DNA from: a virus
DNA: 64,000 nucleotides
Reading direction: 5' to 3' (one strand)
IMG/VR virus record: IMGVR_UViG_3300029561_000002
Span: 14,633-78,632 of that record
The notes under the pieces are model-generated. The model saw only the letters and a list, made by a program, of their open reading frames with translations, was not told where the DNA came from and did no database searches. Made by a program: the position numbers and the translations under genes. Shown piece after piece: positions 36,631 to 45,229 of this stretch (its first letter is position 1; each line of letters begins with the position of its first letter).

Positions 36631-37084
36631 CTGTGCCAAAACGCCCCTATAATTATATTATATATATAATCCCCTATTAATTAACTCTATACAGTGCTGT
36701 ATTATAAAATCTTTTAAGCCCCTCCTAGATTCTGAGTTTATTAATATATGCCTAAATACACTATATTATAATATATATAGCTCTATAACGCTGTATATTG
36801 AGTTATAACGGATTATTTTATTAATAGGTCTTTTATTTATACCTTGAGCAATAAAAATAAATTTATGCTTGCATTAATGGCTTATATGTGCTATTGTAAT
36901 TGACAGATAAGCAAATACATTTATGATTTTTAAAACAAAGGACGATAAAAACTGAAAAGCATTTACGGGAACTTCCGGCGCTGGTTATAGCTGCTGGGCG
37001 TGTTTTTCGATTGCTGACCGGTTTGTTATCGTCCTTTTTATTTTACTAAATTAACAGATTAACGTTGTAAAGTGAGGTGATACA

Positions 37085-37678
37085 GTGAAAGATAATACTA
37101 TCAAAACGGAAAAGGAAACAGAAGTATATTTAAGCAATATTAATATATATGCTGATGAATATATTAATACAGTGTTATGTGTATCACCTGATAGTGAGAA
37201 TTACAGAAAAGAAGTAGCTGATAGTTTTGTTGATATGATATTTTATATTGCTGATCACATACAGAAACCTAGTAACGACGATATAGAATTATTAGATCAT
37301 ATGTTTAGTGTGTTTGTAAGATTATGCAGTAAGTATCATGTACTACCAACTCTGGAAGTATTTAGTTTTCTAGTAGGGATTAACCGCTCAACGTTTAGTG
37401 ACTGGATGCGTGGGGACTATAGAACCGCCACAGCGCATAGCAACACGGTGAAAAAATGGTTCGATATTTGCAAAAACTGCACGCTTAATAGATTGCATAA
37501 CCAGCCCGGAACAAATGCAAACCTGATCTTCGTTGCGAAAGCTGCATACGGCATGGCAGAGACAACACCAGTCCAGGCGGATCATGTGCAAGGTATCCCG
37601 CAGCAGTCGGCACAGCAGATTGCGGACAAGTACAAGGATGCGCTGGAGCTACCGGAGATGGAGCGGCCGAAACTGTGA
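37085..37678 (+). CDS. HTH protein, possibly terminase small subunit-like
   Basis: GTG start after AGTGAGGTGA. LVGINRSTFSDWMRG HTH and NLIFVAKAAYGM resemble TerS families. Weak assignment. Confidence 0.4.
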   Translation: MKDNTIKTEKETEVYLSNINIYADEYINTVLCVSPDSENYRKEVADSFVDMIFYIADHIQKPSNDDIELLDHMFSVFVRLCSKYHVLPTLEVFSFLVGINRSTFSDWMRGDYRTATAHSNTVKKWFDICKNCTLNRLHNQPGTNANLIFVAKAAYGMAETTPVQADHVQGIPQQSAQQIADKYKDALELPEMERPKL

Positions 37679-38107
37679 ACACGAAAGCAACCAAAACACA
37701 ATATATTGTATAAAACAAGATGTAAACACAATATATAGCTTGTCGCCATGTATAAATAGGGTGTACTTAAAATGTACAATGAACAATGCGAGAAAATTTG
37801 TGCAATATGACGAACGAAAAGCGGTGTTAACATCCTCTGACTACTGCCGAAGGCCGAACAATAACAGCGTGATCCGGTGCAGCGGGTCCCATGGGGCGGC
37901 GGGCTGACCGGATAGCGTACGGGGAAGACGGGGACCCCCTTGGAGGAAAAACTACCAGGAGCCGGGTGAGCCCCCAAAGCAAACAAAATAACAAAAAGGC
38001 CCTTTTCACATGGCAGAGATAGTGATTGCAACACGACAAGCCGTAAGCCTTAACGGTTTCTCTGCCAACACAAAATAAGGCAATACCAAGAAAGGCAGGT
38101 ATGAAGA

Positions 38108-38851
38108 ATGAATGAAATGATGATTTTTAGCAATCCAGAATTTGGAAACGTAAGAACAGTGACGATAGACGGAAATCCTTGGTTCGTTGGAAACGATGTA
38201 GCAAAAGCATTAGGATACGTAAAAGAACGAAACGCCATTGCTAATCATGTCGATAAAGAGGACGCCCTGAAATGCAGCCTCCCTTCAAACAGCGGAGTAC
38301 AGGAAACAATCGTGATAAATGAGAGCGGTTTGTTTTCACTTATACTATCAAGCAAACTCGATTCTGCAAAAAGATTTAAACATTGGGTAACTGCAGAAGT
38401 CCTTCCTTCTATCCGTAAAACCGGAAAGTATGAAGTTGGTCAGAAACAAGATTCTTACCAGATAGCTGATCCGATAGAGCGAGCTAAAAGATGGATTGAA
38501 GAACAGCAGGAAAAGCAGTTACTTGAACAGAAAGTGCAGGAGCAGAAGCCCAAAGCGGAGTACTTCGATTCTCTTGTAGACAATAGACTGCTCACAACAT
38601 TTCGGGACGCTGCGAAAGAATTTCACATGCCACCCAAGACGCTTACGAAATGGCTGGCAGATAACGGGTATATTTATCGAGACCGGCACAATATCATAAA
38701 ACCATACGAACAGCATCGAAAGTCAGGACTTTTCCAGATGAAAGATTTTTCAACGCCTTATGGGTATTCGAATGTTCAAACATATATCACTGTAAAAGGC
38801 AAGGAAACATTTCGACTGTTACTTCGGGGACAGGGACTGATTAGGGCATAA
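38108..38851 (+). CDS. Bro-N / KilAC antirepressor
   Basis: FSNPEFGNVRTVTIDGNPWFVGNDVAKALGY..RFKHWVTAEVLPSIRKTGKY Bro-N domain. The C-terminal AEYFDSLVDN..TFRDAAKEF part is KilAC-like. Confidence 0.85.
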   Translation: MNEMMIFSNPEFGNVRTVTIDGNPWFVGNDVAKALGYVKERNAIANHVDKEDALKCSLPSNSGVQETIVINESGLFSLILSSKLDSAKRFKHWVTAEVLPSIRKTGKYEVGQKQDSYQIADPIERAKRWIEEQQEKQLLEQKVQEQKPKAEYFDSLVDNRLLTTFRDAAKEFHMPPKTLTKWLADNGYIYRDRHNIIKPYEQHRKSGLFQMKDFSTPYGYSNVQTYITVKGKETFRLLLRGQGLIRA

Positions 38852-38864
38852 AAAAAGAGAACCA

Positions 38865-39098
38865 TTACGGTTCCCTTTTGAGATCATCAGTGGTCAGTTT
38901 GATTGACACATCTGGTTTTGGCTCAATTATCAATTGACATTCCAGAAAATCAAGAATCTGAATTAGTTCATCTGCGGATATGCTTCCCCTTGAAAATTTA
39001 TTTGCAAGTGATTGCGGGAGCATCCCAAGGTGCTGAGCTAATTGAACACTGGTTACTTTTTTCATCTTCATTATTTGCTTTATCTTATCAGAAACCAT
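38865..39098 (-). CDS. XRE-family HTH regulator
   Basis: AGGAGGT RBS before MVSDKIKQIMKMKKVTSVQLAQHLGMLPQSLANKFSRG. Confidence 0.75.
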   Translation of the reverse strand: MVSDKIKQIMKMKKVTSVQLAQHLGMLPQSLANKFSRGSISADELIQILDFLECQLIIEPKPDVSIKLTTDDLKREP

Positions 39099-39239
39099 AT
39101 AAATACCTCCTATTGACATTATCATAATCAAAAACGTTTCAATAGTCAATAAAAAATACTCATAAATGTGTACGAACTACTTGCAAACATAATCAATTAG
39201 ATGTATAATTAACTCATAAATAAACGGGAGGGATTATAT

Positions 39240-39824
39240 ATGAAGATAGGATATGCGAGAGTATCAACAGTAGAACAGAACGAAGCGAGACAGATGGAAG
39301 CATTGAGAGAAGAAGGCGTTGATAAAATTTATATGGACAAGAAGTCCGGAAAGGATTTCAACCGTCCTGAATATCAGAAGATGATCGCTTCCCTTCAAAA
39401 AGGTGACGTACTGGTGATCCATTCCATTGATCGACTTGGAAGGAATTACGAAGAAATTATAGCTGAGTGGAGAAAAATTACAAAAGAGATTGAAGCAGAT
39501 ATCGTTGTCCAGGACATGCCATTACTTAACACCACGCAAAACAAAGATTTAACCGGAACTCTGATTGCTGATATCGTATTGCAGCTTCTTTCATACGTAG
39601 CTCAGAGAGAGCGTGAAAATATTCGCCAGAGACAGAAAGAAGGAATTGCGATTGCGAAAGCTCAAGGGAAATATAAAGGACGAGCAAAAAAAGAGGTAGA
39701 CAAAGAACTCTTCGAGAAAACAAAGCAAAGATGGCAGGCTGGGGAAATTACCAAAGTTCAGTTTGCCGAAATTGTGGGAGTGTCAAGAGGAACACTATAT
39801 AAAATGTTGGGAGGGGAACAGTAA
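39240..39824 (+). CDS. small serine recombinase (resolvase/invertase family)
   Basis: MKIGYARVSTVEQNEARQ..SIDRLGRN plus a C-terminal HTH (VQFAEIVGVSRGTLYKM). Confidence 0.9.
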   Translation: MKIGYARVSTVEQNEARQMEALREEGVDKIYMDKKSGKDFNRPEYQKMIASLQKGDVLVIHSIDRLGRNYEEIIAEWRKITKEIEADIVVQDMPLLNTTQNKDLTGTLIADIVLQLLSYVAQRERENIRQRQKEGIAIAKAQGKYKGRAKKEVDKELFEKTKQRWQAGEITKVQFAEIVGVSRGTLYKMLGGEQ

Positions 39825-40291
39825 TGATAGACTTTACAAATAAGTGTGTTATCACAGAAAGCGATGTTGAATCAGCGAAGCTTCTTAAGATGGCAATTTC
39901 TCAAGGTTTTGCGCTTCCGAAAGGCGAAAAAGTAATGGAATCATGCAGATTTTTCCGCTTTATCGGAAGTCCGTATAAAAGCGTGATTGCGCTGTCAGCA
40001 GTAACACAGGAAATGTATGATCGAGCTATATTGTACTCACATTTATTCGGGAATGAGCTGGAAGAACTAATGAAAATTTCTGATCTGGCTGCCAGGTGGT
40101 GCCGTACATATGGATACAATCATCTCAGTGTATACGCTAATGAAGAAGCTGACATATACACTGGGCGCGGGATTGCCAAAAACAAAGATGGTGCGGTGCA
40201 AGATTTGAAAATCAAATTAAATAAGCCACGTAAAATAACGGTAGCTGAGCTTGAAGAAAAATTAGGCTATCCGGTAGAAATAGTAAGTTAA
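39824..40291 (+). CDS. hypothetical protein
   Basis: TAATG-coupled to the resolvase; 155 aa. Confidence 0.55.
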   Translation: MIDFTNKCVITESDVESAKLLKMAISQGFALPKGEKVMESCRFFRFIGSPYKSVIALSAVTQEMYDRAILYSHLFGNELEELMKISDLAARWCRTYGYNHLSVYANEEADIYTGRGIAKNKDGAVQDLKIKLNKPRKITVAELEEKLGYPVEIVS

Positions 40292-40302
40292 GGATACTGC
40301 TT

Positions 40303-40452
40303 ATGAAAAAGAGTAATATTCAAGGCGAATCCATTCGTATCCGGTTGCCGTACCAATTGGAGCAAAGGCTTATAGCCGAAAAGAACCGAACCAGCAAAAG
40401 CGTGTCACAGATCACCCGTGAAGCCTTGACACAGTATTTTCGGAAAAGGTAG
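40303..40452 (+). CDS. ribbon-helix-helix protein (49 aa)
   Basis: SIRIRLPYQLEQRLIAEKNRTSKSVSQITREALTQYF; not in the ORF track. Confidence 0.5.
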   Translation: MKKSNIQGESIRIRLPYQLEQRLIAEKNRTSKSVSQITREALTQYFRKR

Positions 40453-40459
40453 GTAAAAG

Positions 40460-40900
40460 ATGATGCTTGAAAAAAATTTTAAAAATAAAAAAGGGCTTTC
40501 TGGAAAACTGGAGACACATCCACTTGAAAAACCTTTACTGCACGACAAAGCGTATGAATATCATCACAAGAAAGCCGTTCTGGAAGATGGAAAACTGTAT
40601 GATACGGAATCGGCGAAAAAGGTTTTTACGGACGAAGCAAGTTTAGAATATATCGCACTCGGAAGAGTAACGCAAATAGTTTACTTCTTAACCCCGAACG
40701 GAAACTGGTTTTCGGCCAAAGAAAAAATCGAGACTGAAAGCGGAATCACTGATGTCGGCGAATATCGCATACAGGTCACAAAAATCATTTACACATACAG
40801 TGATCTTCGGATAGAGCAAAAATACAAGGTTAAATACCTGATTGGAAGAAATGACTATGAGTTATACAAAGAATATTTTGGAGAGGTAAAAGAGGCATGA
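40460..40900 (+). CDS. hypothetical protein
   Basis: 146-aa ORF with an AAGGTAGGT RBS. Confidence 0.55.
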   Translation: MMLEKNFKNKKGLSGKLETHPLEKPLLHDKAYEYHHKKAVLEDGKLYDTESAKKVFTDEASLEYIALGRVTQIVYFLTPNGNWFSAKEKIETESGITDVGEYRIQVTKIIYTYSDLRIEQKYKVKYLIGRNDYELYKEYFGEVKEA

Positions 40901-41160
40901 ATAAAGAAAAAGGAATATATGAACTGTTACCGTCAGAGCCAGTTGATGTAGCAGCTATGTTGATAAAAGCAACGATTGTTACGGACGCACCGGTATTCGC
41001 ACCACTATCTCCGATGCTTAAAGGTAAATTGGTTGCGATTCCAAAATACGACCCGGTTCAGCTTCAGGAAATCGCAGAGCATCTTCTGGTGTACTGCAAT
41101 GCACAGGAAAGGGGATACGAAAATGTCTGTTGTGAAGATTGTAAATCCGAATCCGTATGA
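40897..41160 (+). CDS. hypothetical protein
   Basis: ATGA-coupled 87-aa ORF. Confidence 0.5.
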   Translation: MNKEKGIYELLPSEPVDVAAMLIKATIVTDAPVFAPLSPMLKGKLVAIPKYDPVQLQEIAEHLLVYCNAQERGYENVCCEDCKSESV

Positions 41161-41506
41161 CTGGATGGGGACGCAGTGCTTTATTGACGGACATAAAGTA
41201 CCGAGAGTAAAATCAGTTGATTTTCATGTTTCGGTCGATGAAGTACCGACGTTTAACTTTGAAATGATGGGAGCACCGGATATTGAACTGGAGTGTCTAG
41301 CACAGATTAGTGTTAGTTCTCAATCAATTACTGATGCAATTTCGGTTTTAAGGCACGAACTACTTCAACATGGAGAAATATACCAAGGCTTCAAATCAAG
41401 CCTGAAATCGGCTCTGGAAATCTATTCTACATGTGGGCTTCCATTTGAGCCTGAAGAAGAGACAGCAGAAAAGATTCTTGATTTCATGATTGGAGAAGAA
41501 CGATGA
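41123..41506 (+). CDS. hypothetical protein
   Basis: GGAAAGGGGA RBS before MSVVKIVNPNPYDW. Confidence 0.5.
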   Translation: MSVVKIVNPNPYDWMGTQCFIDGHKVPRVKSVDFHVSVDEVPTFNFEMMGAPDIELECLAQISVSSQSITDAISVLRHELLQHGEIYQGFKSSLKSALEIYSTCGLPFEPEEETAEKILDFMIGEER

Positions 41507-41673
41507 GAACGATATTTACGATAATAGCACTTGCCATCAATGTTCTGATGTTTGTTTCGGCAAGTTCTGAGATCGTGACAAATAACAACAAAGACAAATG
41601 GGAATCTACCGCTTGTTCGATGATTCTTGTTGGAACCGGAATAAGCGTGATTTTATTTTTGACATCCCTGTGA
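41503..41673 (+). CDS. small two-TM membrane protein (56 aa)
   Basis: ATGA coupling; not in the ORF track. Confidence 0.4.
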   Translation: MRTIFTIIALAINVLMFVSASSEIVTNNNKDKWESTACSMILVGTGISVILFLTSL

Positions 41674-41988
41674 GGTGAAATAAATGTTACTGGCATTTCC
41701 GATGGTTTTACTTCCGCTGATATTGGTAGAGCGGATTAAAATAATAAAAACAAAGGTACAGCCCTCGCCGTGTGGACTTGGAGGAACGTTCATCACGGAC
41801 AGGACGAGGCATGAAATCCCTAGATAGCCTGTATCGGTACGGATTTATAATAATGAAATAGATATCCAAAACCAAATTTCCTCCAAATGAGTTACGACTG
41901 ATACAGGCGTTCCAGGAAAAACATAAATATAGCAATGGTGTTTTTGAAATATATCACGTGCGGCAGGGTTGAGCGACTGCCGCAACAT

Positions 41989-42060
41989 AGCGCATTGGCG
42001 AAGTGGCAACGCATCGGACTTTGACTCCGCTATTCGTGGGTTCGAATCCCACATGCGCCG
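41989..42060 (+). tRNA. tRNA-Gln (anticodon UUG), slightly non-canonical
   Basis: Manual cloverleaf: T arm GTGGG-TTCGAAT-CCCAC, anticodon loop CT-TTG-AC, 3-bp D stem, A1:C72 and one anticodon-stem mismatch. Confidence 0.65.
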
Positions 42061-42291
42061 CTCTGCATCGGATTTCGCCTTTCCTCTGATGCAGGTTGGA
42101 TTTTCTTTTTCCCTTTGCCACCTATCACAACGGTGATGATTAAAGGAACTGTCAAATGTTCCGGGTGGCTTTGCCTTAGTTGGCAAGATTAATTTCTTCT
42201 ATGGTTTACCTTTGTTGCAGCTGGCGGTCAAGAACTGCAACAGTAGTAAAAAGACAGATATCGCAGCGACCCTGTATCTTTTTGCTACTCA

Positions 42292-42365
42292 GGAAACTTA
42301 GCTCAGTTGGTTAGAGCAGCCGGCTCATAACCGGTCGGCCCTGGGTTCGAACCCCAGAGTTTCCA
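42292..42365 (+). tRNA. tRNA with CAU anticodon (elongator Met or Ile2)
   Basis: GGAAACT/AGTTTCC acceptor, GCTC-AGTTGGTTA-GAGC D arm, loop CT-CAT-AA, T arm CTGGG-TTCGAAC-CCCAG. Confidence 0.9.
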
Positions 42366-42664
42366 TTTCTCCCAAAGCTGTCCATCCGTTTTATGGATAG
42401 AAAAAACTGCCGAATGTGTGTATGTGGGTTGTTTTTCAGAAGGTACGTAACGGCGTAGCCGGAGTGAAAAGACAACTTCCCGTTCGGTTCTGTCTCTGAG
42501 TTGAATATGTCGCCAATGAGTGCACGCTGACGACAGGGAGTTTTCAAGAGGCATTTCAGAAATAATCCTCCGAAACAACTCCGTGGGACTGGCACGGATG
42601 AAAACAGTCTAGTGGAAAGCATAACACGATAAACCTATTGCTAACCCGGTACAATCCGGGTTAA

Positions 42665-42736
42665 GGCAGGATGGAGAAGTGGAATCTCACAAGGCTCATA
42701 TCCTTGAGAACGGCGGTTCAAATCCGTCTCCTGCAA
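42665..42736 (+). tRNA. second CAU-anticodon tRNA with initiator-like features
   Basis: D arm GAGA-AGTGGAA-TCTC (A11:U24), anticodon arm CAAGG-CTCATAT-CCTTG, T arm GGCGG-TTCAAAT-CCGTC, G1:A72 mismatch. Confidence 0.7.
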
Positions 42737-42919
42737 TTAATTCGTTCGTTCTATACTGTCAGTGCACAGGCGGTCTATGGTTCAAGCGGATTAAACCCAT
42801 GGGAAAAGGTTGATGTTTATCCTGGTAACTGCTGGACAGTACGAAAAACATTATCATATGTTGTGCAAATGGAAATCATCTCATTCATTTACCGAGGTGA
42901 TCAGCCGTGGTAAGCGGCA

Positions 42920-42990
42920 TGGAATGTAGCTCAGTGGTAGAGTACACTACAAAAGCGGTGAGGTCGCAGGTTCGATTCCTGCCATTCCGT
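42920..42990 (+). tRNA. tRNA-like element with aberrant 16-nt anticodon arm (pseudo-tRNA?)
   Basis: Good acceptor, D arm (GCTC-AGTGGTA-GAGT), AGGTC variable loop and T arm (GCAGG-TTCGATT-CCTGC). The anticodon arm CACTACAAAAGCGGTG has no U33 and no 5+7+5 fold. Confidence 0.4.
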
Positions 42991-43053
42991 TTCCGGTAAA
43001 TTGCCATTACCGGAAAGCATTTCCAAAATGCTCAAATTTACCTTCTGATTGGT

Positions 43054-43111
43054 TCCGGTGGTTCACGTTGGGTGACAATGCGTGGTTCAAGTCCACCCAC
43101 CGGATTTTTTT
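43054..43111 (+). other. acceptor-stem + T-arm mini tRNA-like hairpin followed by T-run (operon terminator or tRNA 3' remnant)
   Basis: TCCGGTG/CACCGGA 7-bp stem enclosing GTGG-TTCAAGT-CCAC and a short hairpin, then T7. Confidence 0.35.
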
Positions 43112-43167
43112 ATTTTATAGAAAAAGGTTACTTGGTGATAGCTTTGAATGTTGGGAGGGAGTAAAGA

Positions 43168-43443
43168 ATGAAAATTCATGAAATGATATGTTTGAGAAAT
43201 ACATACGGCGGAGAAACAACTCTTGATGAACTTGTAAACCGAATACAAGGAAATAAAATTCACAGATGCCCGAAGTGTGGTGGAAGTGGAACTATTGTCA
43301 AAAGAGTAAATCGTGCACAATACTGGGAGTGTTGCGATGATTACAAAGAAGTAGAAGTCACTTGCGACTTATGCAACGGTGAAGGATACACTGAGAAAAG
43401 ATATGAGCCTAGAATGGTGCAGGATGGATGGAAATGCGAATAG
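43168..43443 (+). CDS. DnaJ-type zinc-finger protein
   Basis: CPKCGGSG and CDLCNGEG (CxxCxGxG repeats). Confidence 0.6.
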   Translation: MKIHEMICLRNTYGGETTLDELVNRIQGNKIHRCPKCGGSGTIVKRVNRAQYWECCDDYKEVEVTCDLCNGEGYTEKRYEPRMVQDGWKCE

Positions 43444-43598
43444 CAGGTAAAGAAATCAAAGACGAATGTTCCCATTGCGGAAATATCCTTGAATGCGAAT
43501 TGTTCCGTCAGGGGCATGGAATAAAACAGGAACGTGAGAACATAGCAAAGATGATCAAGTGCCAGATGAAGCACAGGGAGGAAAGGCAGTATAATTGA
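43434..43598 (+). CDS. small Cys-containing protein (54 aa)
   Basis: Overlaps the upstream gene end; not in the ORF track. Confidence 0.4.
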   Translation: MRIAGKEIKDECSHCGNILECELFRQGHGIKQERENIAKMIKCQMKHREERQYN

Positions 43599-43612
43599 AG
43601 GGGGAGATTTCC

Positions 43613-43852
43613 ATGTTTAATAAATTTTTTAATCTATACATAAGATACAAGACCAAAAATCTCAAAGCAATTCCGTTGTTCGTAATGACATTTGACTGGA
43701 AGAAATTCCAGAAATACGGTGAAAAAGATAGTTGCACACTATACTCAATACATCCGGACATTGCAAAAGACCCAATCTTAAAAGAAAAACTCAGTGAATG
43801 TGTGGATCATATCCGCAACAATTACGATATGGAAATGTTTACCAAGATTTGA
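43613..43852 (+). CDS. hypothetical protein
   Basis: AAGGGGGAG RBS before MFNKFFNLY. Confidence 0.5.
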   Translation: MFNKFFNLYIRYKTKNLKAIPLFVMTFDWKKFQKYGEKDSCTLYSIHPDIAKDPILKEKLSECVDHIRNNYDMEMFTKI

Positions 43853-43864
43853 GGGAGGATTGCC

Positions 43865-44203
43865 ATGAGGATTGAAGATATGAAGAACTGGACGGTAGAT
43901 CAGCTGAAGAAGGAAGTTGTCCGACTGTCTGAAGAATGTGAGAAAAGACAGCATGAAATTTTGGATTTACAAGAACACCAGATTGAGCTGGAAAGAGATT
44001 GTGATGTGATGATGATGTATGGAGAACCTGAATTAATTAACGATGCGCAGCCAGATAAAAAGGAGACAGATTTTGCTGCAAGCTTAAAAATGTATGAAGA
44101 TCAGCACCAGTTCGATTGTATTACAATTAACCAGCTTCAGACCGCATTGGATGTAATGGTTGACCGATATGCAAATCTAAGAAAAATTCACGGGGTGAGT
44201 TGA
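43865..44203 (+). CDS. hypothetical coiled-coil protein
   Basis: GAGGGAGGA RBS; 112 aa. Confidence 0.55.
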   Translation: MRIEDMKNWTVDQLKKEVVRLSEECEKRQHEILDLQEHQIELERDCDVMMMYGEPELINDAQPDKKETDFAASLKMYEDQHQFDCITINQLQTALDVMVDRYANLRKIHGVS

Positions 44204-44204
44204 T

Positions 44205-44504
44205 ATGGAAGAGAAAGATGAAAAACAGTATTTTCTTAAAAAAACAGATGGCGAGTACTGTCCGTTTACCAGAATAGCAGACATTTCAAAAAGCATTGAG
44301 TCTGATCAGAATGATAATTTGCAGAATTTCAGCGAAGACAAATCATTCTCTATGAACTTTAAAATGAATTCAAATACTAAGAAGAGATTATTTTGGACAA
44401 TAGTTGCACCGAATAAAATAAATCGAAATAATTTCAGAAAAAATCATGGAATTCCGATGATACGCAGAGTTGCAGGACGAAGAGGAGTGAGGAAATATAG
44501 ATGA
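44205..44504 (+). CDS. hypothetical protein with basic tail
   Basis: 99-aa ORF abutting the upstream stop. Confidence 0.5.
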   Translation: MEEKDEKQYFLKKTDGEYCPFTRIADISKSIESDQNDNLQNFSEDKSFSMNFKMNSNTKKRLFWTIVAPNKINRNNFRKNHGIPMIRRVAGRRGVRKYR

Positions 44505-44734
44505 GCATTAAATCAGCATTTGAATCTGAGGGGATAGATTTCTCTCAGGTAATGAACCCACCAGAGCCGTGGGACGGACGGACATTAATAAAGAACATCA
44601 ATGGCAAACTGTGGTATTGTTGCCCTTTTTGCGAGAAGAAAGCACTTCTCATTAGCCCAGAAACAAAAATTCAGCATCTTAAATTGAAATGCAAGGGTAG
44701 CAACTGCAAGAAAGAGTTTGAGGTCAATGTATGA
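44501..44734 (+). CDS. zinc-ribbon protein
   Basis: CCPFCEK..CKGSNC; ATGA coupling. Confidence 0.5.
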   Translation: MSIKSAFESEGIDFSQVMNPPEPWDGRTLIKNINGKLWYCCPFCEKKALLISPETKIQHLKLKCKGSNCKKEFEVNV

Positions 44735-44904
44735 ACATAAAACGAATTAAATGTATTCTGACAGGCGGATGTAGATTCCGGGATTCAGCTATTTCAGAGT
44801 GCGACGATAAAGAAAAGACCTGTACCATTACGGAAACTTGCTGCAAGTGTGGGAAGAAGTATACAGCGGTATTTACTTACAAACAATTAGGGATTCCAGA
44901 CTGA
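44731..44904 (+). CDS. small Cys-rich protein (57 aa)
   Basis: ATGA coupling; not in the ORF track. Confidence 0.4.
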   Translation: MNIKRIKCILTGGCRFRDSAISECDDKEKTCTITETCCKCGKKYTAVFTYKQLGIPD

Positions 44905-44913
44905 GGTGAATAT

Positions 44914-45225
44914 ATGAAATATGGTGCAGTGAATTATCCCGTTAAGATTATTGATGAAGAAATCATTAATGCACTGGCAGACATTGAAATACATCATGAA
45001 GAAGATAAACGAATTGTTTTGGTAGAATGCGTCATGAATTACACTGAACTTCCAGAAGAATGCATTCTTGAAATTGGATATCTTAAAAGAAAATTCAAAC
45101 TCGTGCATATCGACTTAGCTACAACAGGATCTGGAATCTATAAACTTAAATTCATGTTTGAGCGAGTAGAAGATATAAATAAAAAAGACGAGTGGTGGGA
45201 TTCGTTTAGAAGCATTGTGAGGTGA
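44914..45225 (+). CDS. hypothetical protein
   Basis: GAGGTGA RBS; 103 aa. Confidence 0.55.
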   Translation: MKYGAVNYPVKIIDEEIINALADIEIHHEEDKRIVLVECVMNYTELPEECILEIGYLKRKFKLVHIDLATTGSGIYKLKFMFERVEDINKKDEWWDSFRSIVR

Positions 45226-45229
45226 GCAA

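Noticed and set aside
37582-38039. Minus-strand ORFs of 150 aa and 70 aa across the GC-rich segment
   Set aside because: They have Pro/Ser/Cys/Gly-heavy nonsense-like composition and no RBS, and they overlap the end of the plus-strand gene. They are better explained as noncoding structure.
41845-42913. ORFs 41845-42186(-), 42303-42622(-) and 42671-42913(+)
   Set aside because: They run straight through tRNA genes and structured spacers, so they are translation artefacts.
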